Shown in pieces: positions 8,455 through 13,460 of a stretch of DNA of 13,460 nt (its first letter is position 1; the number at the start of each line of letters is the position of its first letter). The DNA is from Elusimicrobiota bacterium (GTDB lineage Bacteria; Elusimicrobiota; Elusimicrobia; Elusimicrobiales; UBA9959). A program made the position numbers and the translations under genes. Under the pieces are notes generated by a model. It was given only the letters and a program-made list of their open reading frames with translations, did no database searches and was not told the DNA's origin. The DNA is taken from positions 1 to 13,460 of the forward strand of contig JBAXKK010000071.1 in assembly GCA_037137395.1 (NCBI GenBank). Direction: 5' to 3'.

Positions 8455-11292
8455 ATGCGCAACTACGCTGCCACGCTTCTGCTCTGTCTGCTTTTCCTTC
8501 TTCCTCAGGCGTACGCCCAGGAGCAGAATAAGGTTATAGTCAAGAAGTTCGATTGGAGCGTATACGCCACTGAACACTTCGACGTTCACTATTACGGCGA
8601 TTCAAAGCCGTGGCTGCCGTATGCAGCGCGGGTGCTGGAAAAAGCTTACAAAGAACAAGCCGCGGACCTGAACCCGGCTTTAAATAAGCGGATACCCTTC
8701 TTTCTTTTCGCCTCAATTAACGATATGCAGCAGTCTAACGTAGCCGATGTCGGCGACGGCGTGGGGGGGCTTACGGAGCCTTTTAAGGACCGGTTCATGG
8801 TCTGGTCGGACGGCTCAAGGGACTGGCTTCAGGGCGTGATAAGGCACGAGTTCGCCCACGAGGCGGAGTTCAGCGTGCTGATAGACGGGTTTTGGAAATC
8901 AGCGCGGATACTTAAGACCTTTATCTACCCGCTCTGGATGATGGAGGGCATAGCCGAGTATGAAACCGGCTCCTCCGACCTGGCCCTTGAGGAAATGTAC
9001 GCGCGCGACGCCGTGCTTTCTCCGGGCGGTCTTATTCCGCTCCGCCGGCTTAACCAGTTCTCCCATTTAAAGCCCCATCAGATTACGCTGGCTTACAAGA
9101 CCGGCGCCCAGGCTATAAGGTTCCTGGCGCGGCAATACGGGAGTGACAAGCCCGCCCGCATGCTGAAACTCTTTGAGACGCGCTACGAGGCATCCTCAGT
9201 GCTCACGCCGCTTATCGGTCTGGACCTGACTGCTTTTGACCGTAAATTCAGGGAATACGAAGAGCTTAAGTACCTGTCGGAAACCCGTAAAGAGAACTTG
9301 GGCGAACCTTCCCGTTACGGGGAGCGGCTCACCTCGGAAAAAGATGGCATTCCGGAATTTAATTTGAGTCCCGTGGCCAGTCCCGACGGCGGCCGGCTCG
9401 CCTGGCTTTCTACAAAAGAAGGGCACCCCGCGGTAATAGTCATCAGAGATCTCGCCACGGGTCAAGACTCGGAAATCACCGCTTATGATGTCGGCGCGGA
9501 GAACATTCCCTACGGCAGGTTTTCCAAGCCCTGGAAGAGCCTGGCCTGGTCGGGAGACGGCCGATACCTGGCGTTTTCCGGCCAGAAGAATCACAGGGAA
9601 TACCTGTTCCTTTACGAGGTCCGCGCTAAAAAAGTTATCCGCCTCGCCTTTCCGGATTTCATGGAAGTGCGCCAGCCGGTTTTCTCTCCGGATTCGTCCA
9701 GGGTGATGTTCGTGGGTATGCGGGGGGGCTTCAACGACATCTACGAGTTTAAGCTTGAGACTGAAGCGCTTAAAGCGGGGGCCGTGCGTCTGGAGAATTT
9801 AAGGAGGCTCACGGACAGTCAGGAGGACGAATCCTCCCCGTCTTATCTGGCGGACGGCTCAGGCGCTGTTTACTCCTGCGAAACTGAAACTCGCGGGGGG
9901 CCCCGGCGGGAACTGTGCCGCGCTTACTTCTCCGGCAAAAAAGAAACGCTGGCGCGGCTTGAAGGAGATATTTATGATCCGGTTGTTTCGCCGGACGCGG
10001 GCAGGATACTTTTTACCGCGGACGCGGGCCTTCGCTTTGAGCTTTATGAACTGAACCCCGTCTCTCTGGAGATAGTCCGCCTGACGCGCGTTATCGGCGG
10101 CAATTTCACTCCGTCGTATTCTTCCGACGGAAAGAAAATATTGTTTTCCTCCTTCAGGAACGGCAGCATGAATGTCTACTCGGGCGCGCGCGAATATTTT
10201 CTGGATGAACCGGCTGAGGAAGTAGTGGCAGCCGGGAAGTATTTTTCCGCGCCGCCGGAAGAATCCACCGGAGTTTTTAAGCCGTACAAATTTAAAGCCT
10301 CTACCGATCTCTTCTTCCCGGCGGCGATGTACTCATCCGTGGGCGGTTTTTTCTGGATGAATTATTGGCAGGCTTCGGATATGCTGGGAAACAATAATGT
10401 CAGCCTTGTAATGAATTATAATTCCGGCAGCGAATACCTTGATTATCAGGCCAACTACAGTTTCACGAAATACCGGATGCCCATATTCCTGCAGACTTCA
10501 GGGCTTTCGGAAAAACATGTCCTTACCGATCTGGATCTTGAGTCCAACAGGCAGGATTGGCGCTTCGCCGTAGGCACGGCCTATCCGTTTGACCGCTACA
10601 ACCGCCTGGAATTTTTTTATATACACAAGAACGTGACCGAAAGGTATGACTGGCTGGAAGGGGTCGACCATTTTCGCACGCGGGCGGTTCAGGCCTCTTA
10701 TGTCAGGGACACCGTCAGCGGGCTCTATCTGACCGCTGTAAGGGGTTCCAGGACGGAGCTATCCTATACCAAGGCGGAAGACTCAATGGGCGGAAATCAG
10801 AAGTATGACGTCTACGCCGCCCAGCGGCTCCAGTATATTCCTCTTTCCAAGCGCAGCGCTTTCGTAGACAGGTTTCTGGCCGGAGAAAGCACGGGGCGAG
10901 ACAGAAAGAGCTTTAATTTCGGAGGATTGGGCGGGGTTAGAGGGATGTCGTCCGGTTCGGACCTTGATTCGGCTTCCAGAGTGCTTGTAAATAACTTTGA
11001 GCTCCGCACGCCGCTGCTGAAAGACCTGAACTATTATATGTGGTTCATGTTCCCGGATTTTTATTTTAAGGCCATATACTGCAAGGTGTTCTTTGACTCG
11101 GCATATGGCTGGAACACGCACTCCCGGCTCATGAATTTCAGAGCCTCCGATATTAAAAGTTCGGCCGGCGTGGGCGTGGATATCCACACGTTTATCCTGC
11201 AGGCATTTCAGCTGGTCTTAAGCTTCGATTACGCGGTAAGGACCAGTGATGGCGGGAAAATATTCTACTTTTACCTGGGTCCGCTTTTTTGA
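8455..11292 (+). CDS. Outer-membrane Omp85 (BamA/TamA superfamily) protein with an N-terminal MA-clan-like zinc peptidase domain and a TolB/PD40 beta-propeller, 945 aa
   Basis: The start at ATG 8455 gives a Sec signal peptide (MRNYAATLLLCLLFLLPQAYA/QE). TEHFDVHYY; HEFAH (8845-8859) plus PLWMMEGIAEY; repeated S-P-D-G/W-S-G-D-G propeller motifs; barrel with loop-6 GGLGGVRG and terminal beta-signal FYFYLGPLF. Confidence 0.85.
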   Translation: MRNYAATLLLCLLFLLPQAYAQEQNKVIVKKFDWSVYATEHFDVHYYGDSKPWLPYAARVLEKAYKEQAADLNPALNKRIPFFLFASINDMQQSNVADVGDGVGGLTEPFKDRFMVWSDGSRDWLQGVIRHEFAHEAEFSVLIDGFWKSARILKTFIYPLWMMEGIAEYETGSSDLALEEMYARDAVLSPGGLIPLRRLNQFSHLKPHQITLAYKTGAQAIRFLARQYGSDKPARMLKLFETRYEASSVLTPLIGLDLTAFDRKFREYEELKYLSETRKENLGEPSRYGERLTSEKDGIPEFNLSPVASPDGGRLAWLSTKEGHPAVIVIRDLATGQDSEITAYDVGAENIPYGRFSKPWKSLAWSGDGRYLAFSGQKNHREYLFLYEVRAKKVIRLAFPDFMEVRQPVFSPDSSRVMFVGMRGGFNDIYEFKLETEALKAGAVRLENLRRLTDSQEDESSPSYLADGSGAVYSCETETRGGPRRELCRAYFSGKKETLARLEGDIYDPVVSPDAGRILFTADAGLRFELYELNPVSLEIVRLTRVIGGNFTPSYSSDGKKILFSSFRNGSMNVYSGAREYFLDEPAEEVVAAGKYFSAPPEESTGVFKPYKFKASTDLFFPAAMYSSVGGFFWMNYWQASDMLGNNNVSLVMNYNSGSEYLDYQANYSFTKYRMPIFLQTSGLSEKHVLTDLDLESNRQDWRFAVGTAYPFDRYNRLEFFYIHKNVTERYDWLEGVDHFRTRAVQASYVRDTVSGLYLTAVRGSRTELSYTKAEDSMGGNQKYDVYAAQRLQYIPLSKRSAFVDRFLAGESTGRDRKSFNFGGLGGVRGMSSGSDLDSASRVLVNNFELRTPLLKDLNYYMWFMFPDFYFKAIYCKVFFDSAYGWNTHSRLMNFRASDIKSSAGVGVDIHTFILQAFQLVLSFDYAVRTSDGGKIFYFYLGPLF

Positions 11293-11304
11293 CCTTCATC
11301 CTGG

Positions 11305-11718
11305 CAAGAGCATCCAAACAAACATAGACAGATACCCGTAATGGAAGGTAGAGGGGGGAGAGCGGCCCGGCGCGCCGTCGAGATGGACCTTTGTCTTCCG
11401 GAAAAAGAGGGGAATCGGCAAAAAAGGCGCGCGAAATGATGTAATTCCCCTCTAAAACCCGTCTTTGGGCGCCTCCTTCCGGCCCTGGCGGGGCTTTTGT
11501 GAGCGAGGAAGTACCTTGTAACCTCATAACAGCCCCAAGAATTTGCCTCTGATGTGGATTTAGCCTGCCGGTTTTTGCGTTATGCCGCGCATCCTGCCCT
11601 TTTTTTGGCCTCTGTCCCCCTTTGGAAGATGCAAAATTTCCTTCTTGCGTGTTTTTTGGAAGCGCACTCCACCATGTAAGCCGGGGTGTTCCAGATGTCC
11701 GGGCTTTAAAGGCTCTTG
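11305..11718. repeat. ~410-nt imperfect inverted repeat (fold-back) centred at ~11512
   Basis: Ten or more nested complementary blocks share about the same centre, for example CAAGAGC 11305/GCTCTTG 11712, GGAGAGCG 11357/CGCACTCC 11663, GTCTTCC 11393/GGAAGAT 11624, ATGATGTAA 11436/TTGCGTTAT 11575, GGGGCTTTTGTGAG 11490/CTCATAACAGCCCC 11523. Confidence 0.6.
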
Positions 11719-12089
11719 GTGGTGTTTTTAATTTTCAACTAAACCTCTAAGTTGCATCATTTCCCGCGGATTCCCACCGGCCAGGCGGCCATAAAGCCTT
11801 TCATGGTATTTTTTATAGAACGGATTATCAGGCCGTTGGGCGGCCTTCTGCAAGCCTATGTCTTTCATAGTGTTTTGAAAACAGCCTGATATTTGCCTTC
11901 CAGGATGGTGCGCTCAGCCTTCCGCTGGATCCGGGTTTAATGGTGTTTTGAAAAGGGGGTAGTTGGATACCCTGATTTTCGTCCTGGGGCATTTCCGGGC
12001 CGGTGATGTTTTCAGGGTTGGGGAAAGTTGGCTGTTTTTTTGGCGGGATACCACCTCAGTTTTAAAAAGGCTTTAATGGTGTTTTGGAT
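11639..12089 (+). repeat. Array of degenerate ~20-bp direct repeats, consensus GNCTTTMATGGTGTTTTGAAA, helically phased
   Basis: Copies start at 11639 (weak), 11712, 11796, 11860, 11933, 11996 (weak) and 12069. Spacings are 73, 84, 64, 73, 63 and 73 bp. Confidence 0.72.
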
Positions 12090-12334
12090 CAGGTAATTTT
12101 GAGTGCCAGGCCGGGGTTCGCGGTTTTTGGATTTCCCGAAATTCAGGCAAAAAATCAAATTTGAAAACTCAATTTTTTCCGGGGGAGCTGAAACTTGCTA
12201 AAAACACCTCTGCTAGTTAAGAATAACTATAAATCGTATCAATGTTGTGAAAATAACCACTATTATGTATGTGGAAATTGAAAAACATTATTCCTAATTA
12301 TAGGTAAAGAGGTACTTGCTTGGTGGGGATATTA

Positions 12335-12362
12335 AGTTAACATAATATATATTATCGTAAGT
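12335..12362 (-). other. dif: dif site (XerC/XerD chromosome dimer resolution site)
   Basis: Minus strand ACTTACGATAA-TATATA-TTATGTTAACT has the 11-6-11 architecture. The XerD arm differs from E. coli TTATGTTAAAT by one base; the spacer matches B. subtilis dif (ACTTCCTAGAA-TATATA-TTATGTAAACT). It lies in an AT-rich intergenic region where gene orientation converges. Confidence 0.92.
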
Positions 12363-12577
12363 TGAGTAATACGGGATTGCGGCCCATTGCGCTGCCTGGT
12401 TTTTATGGTGTCTGGGCGGTTTTGCGCTGGTTTGTAGTCGCGTCTTGGTCGGGTTGATTTTCTGATAGTTATCGCAGGCTTTTTCCCCGTTCCCGGCCCA
12501 CGATATTCGGGCTGTCGATCAGAGTCTGTTATGGTTTGCTCGGCAGCTCATCTTTGCTTGCGCTTAGCGCTCTCTGC

Positions 12578-12672
12578 CCACTAATCACTCGCCACCAGTC
12601 ACTAATCACTGTCCACTGGTCACTTGGCCAACTGGTCCCACTAACCACTGATCACTCGCCACTGTCCACTAA
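12578..12672 (+). repeat. Twelve YCACTNN heptamers (7 + 5, interrupted), overlapping the last codons of the wHTH gene
   Basis: CCACTAA TCACTCG CCACCAG TCACTAA TCACTGT CCACTGG TCACTTG [GCCAACTGGTC] CCACTAA CCACTGA TCACTCG CCACTGT CCACTAA. Confidence 0.92.
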
Positions 12673-13155
12673 CATTTGTATTGCTTTATACGCCTTCTCC
12701 AGGCCTTTCTGGGTTATCTGGTAGGTGCGGTTTCTTTTTGTCCCGGATGCTGTAATCCTGCCTTCCCGGATCTCCGTTGAAAGCAGTCTGTCCAGTCTTG
12801 CCGGCTCGTAGCCCGATGTTTTAAGGGCTTTTGATAGGGTAATCGCGCTTATGGCCTCGGTTTGATTTACAGCCCTATTGGCGGCTATCAGGGTTAGGGC
12901 TGCCTCTGCGGAACTTATTTTTGGTGACTTTATCTTTAGTCTGAGTTGATCTCCTCCGGACTCTGTCACTTTGTCCCAGAATCCGGCTTTTGTGGGTGTT
13001 TCTCCGGCGGTGGCGCGCGGGGGCTCCTGGCCAGCTGTTTTTTGGCGCAAGTCTTTTAGAAAGCTTTCTTTTTCATTTGATATGAACTCCGCCGGGCCTT
13101 CGGCCTCAAACTCCGCGCCCGAGGGGTCTTTTATCCGCAATTTGTAGTGGTTCAT
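12652..13155 (-). CDS. Hypothetical DNA-binding protein with a C-terminal winged helix-turn-helix, 167 aa
   Basis: Start at ATG 13155 (MNHYKLRIKDPSGAEFEAEGPAEFI), supported by promoter geometry. Low-complexity linker, then the wHTH-like region AISAITLSKALKTSG..RLDRLLSTEIREGRITASGTKRNRTYQITQKGLEKA, ending in a Y-x-I-T-x-x-G wing. Confidence 0.75.
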   Translation of the reverse strand: MNHYKLRIKDPSGAEFEAEGPAEFISNEKESFLKDLRQKTAGQEPPRATAGETPTKAGFWDKVTESGGDQLRLKIKSPKISSAEAALTLIAANRAVNQTEAISAITLSKALKTSGYEPARLDRLLSTEIREGRITASGTKRNRTYQITQKGLEKAYKAIQMLVDSGE

Positions 13156-13162
13156 ACGGCAT

Positions 13163-13191
13163 ATTTTAGCGTATAACTTATTATATGTCAA
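13163..13191 (-). promoter_or_regulatory. Sigma70-type promoter for the wHTH gene, probably leaderless
   Basis: Minus strand TTGACA (13191-13186), 17-nt spacer, TAAAAT (13168-13163), 7 nt, then ATG (13155). No SD sequence. Confidence 0.75.
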
Positions 13192-13222
13192 CATATGTCA
13201 TTCATAGGTCAATCTTATGTCA
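13182..13222. promoter_or_regulatory. Four phased 9-bp direct repeats (operator- or iteron-like) overlapping the -35 box
   Basis: TATATGTCA 13182, CATATGTCA 13192, CATAGGTCA 13203, CTTATGTCA 13214; spacing 10, 11, 11 bp. Confidence 0.7.
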
Positions 13223-13228
13223 TCAACA

Positions 13229-13249
13229 TGTTGATAATTGTGTGGATAA
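13229..13249 (-). promoter_or_regulatory. DnaA boxes (one perfect, one with a single mismatch)
   Basis: TGTGGATAA 13241-13249 equals TTATCCACA on the minus strand. TGTTGATAA 13229-13237 has one mismatch. Confidence 0.55.
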
Positions 13250-13279
13250 CTTTGTGTGTGACCGTGGCGAGCGAATACA

Positions 13280-13314
13280 ACAGTGATTAGTGGATAGTGG
13301 TGAGTGGTCAGTTG
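13280..13314 (-). repeat. Five NNAGTGR-type heptamers (reverse complement of the YCACTNN family)
   Basis: ACAGTGA TTAGTGG ATAGTGG TGAGTGG TCAGTTG. Confidence 0.88.
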
Positions 13315-13377
13315 GGGAAATAATAGGCGGGCGGGGGAGGTTGCAGGGTGATTCCCCCCCAGTTCCCCCCTTTTTTT
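13314..13377 (+). terminator. Possible G/C-run hairpin followed by T7 (terminator-like)
   Basis: GGGGAA (13314-19)/TTCCCC (13363-68) enclose GGGGGA/TCCCCC and are followed by TTTTTTT at 13371-77. No + strand gene lies immediately upstream, so the assignment is weak. Confidence 0.3.
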
Positions 13378-13460
13378 GTCGTTGCAGGCGATGTTTTAGT
13401 AGTGTTGTGTTAACGCCAGTCTTGTAATGTACCGGTTTAGTCGGTGTTAAGTGTACCAGC

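Noticed and set aside
228..11187. Numerous antisense or alternative-frame ORFs (e.g. 1316-2086, 2760-3341, 5248-5709, 9196-9594, 10783-11187)
   Set aside because: These are shadow ORFs overlapping well-supported genes and have no recognisable motifs.
11639..12089. CRISPR array (period 63-84 bp, GTTTTGAAA-like core)
   Set aside because: Repeats are only ~20 bp and too degenerate, spacer lengths jump in ~10-bp steps rather than being constant, and there are no cas genes in the window. Kept as a phased array instead.
12215..12370. Chromosomal oriC DNA-unwinding element
   Set aside because: The AT-rich patch is centred on a dif site, has only one-mismatch DnaA-like boxes, and no dnaA, dnaN or gidA context is visible.
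11712..12418. Array motif as a KOPS-like polar FtsK-loading signal
   Set aside because: KOPS should invert across dif. Here the copy beyond dif (12398) has the same orientation and an inverted core (~12200) lies before dif.
11192..12724. ORFs 11192-11527 (-) and 12536-12724 (+)
   Set aside because: The first overlaps the Omp85 3' end and the fold-back. The second is a translation of heptamer repeats overlapping the wHTH gene end. Neither looks protein-like.
13156..13194. Longer start (13194) for the wHTH gene
   Set aside because: It overlaps the -35/-10 promoter. ATG 13155 fits the leaderless geometry and the apparent domain start.

Overview
Bacterial chromosomal segment. The lineage is not determinable with certainty; an Omp85 protein implies a diderm, and an Elusimicrobiota-like organism is only a guess. 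Bases 1-11292 are a co-oriented + strand housekeeping run: ftsA (5'-truncated by the window), ftsZ, a PilT/PilU ATPase, a deoxynucleoside kinase, cmk, plsC, a short degenerate S1, a membrane-anchored TPR protein and a 945-aa HEXXH-peptidase/TolB-propeller/Omp85-barrel fusion. The first four intergenic gaps each hold a different family of 7-nt tandem repeats arranged as reverse-complementary arms. The most unusual part is the apparently non-coding 11293-12651 region and what follows it: (i) a ~410-nt imperfect fold-back centred at ~11512; (ii) 6-7 degenerate ~20-bp direct repeats (G-N-C-TTT-M-ATGGTGTTTTG) whose spacings of 63-84 bp are all near-integral helical turns; (iii) a canonical 28-bp XerC/XerD dif site at 12335-12362; (iv) a convergent winged-helix gene with a near-consensus, apparently leaderless sigma70 promoter, overlapped by four 10-11-bp-phased TGACATA repeats and next to DnaA boxes. 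Together these suggest an uncharacterised dif-linked nucleoprotein module, either a terminus organiser or an Xer-integrated element.
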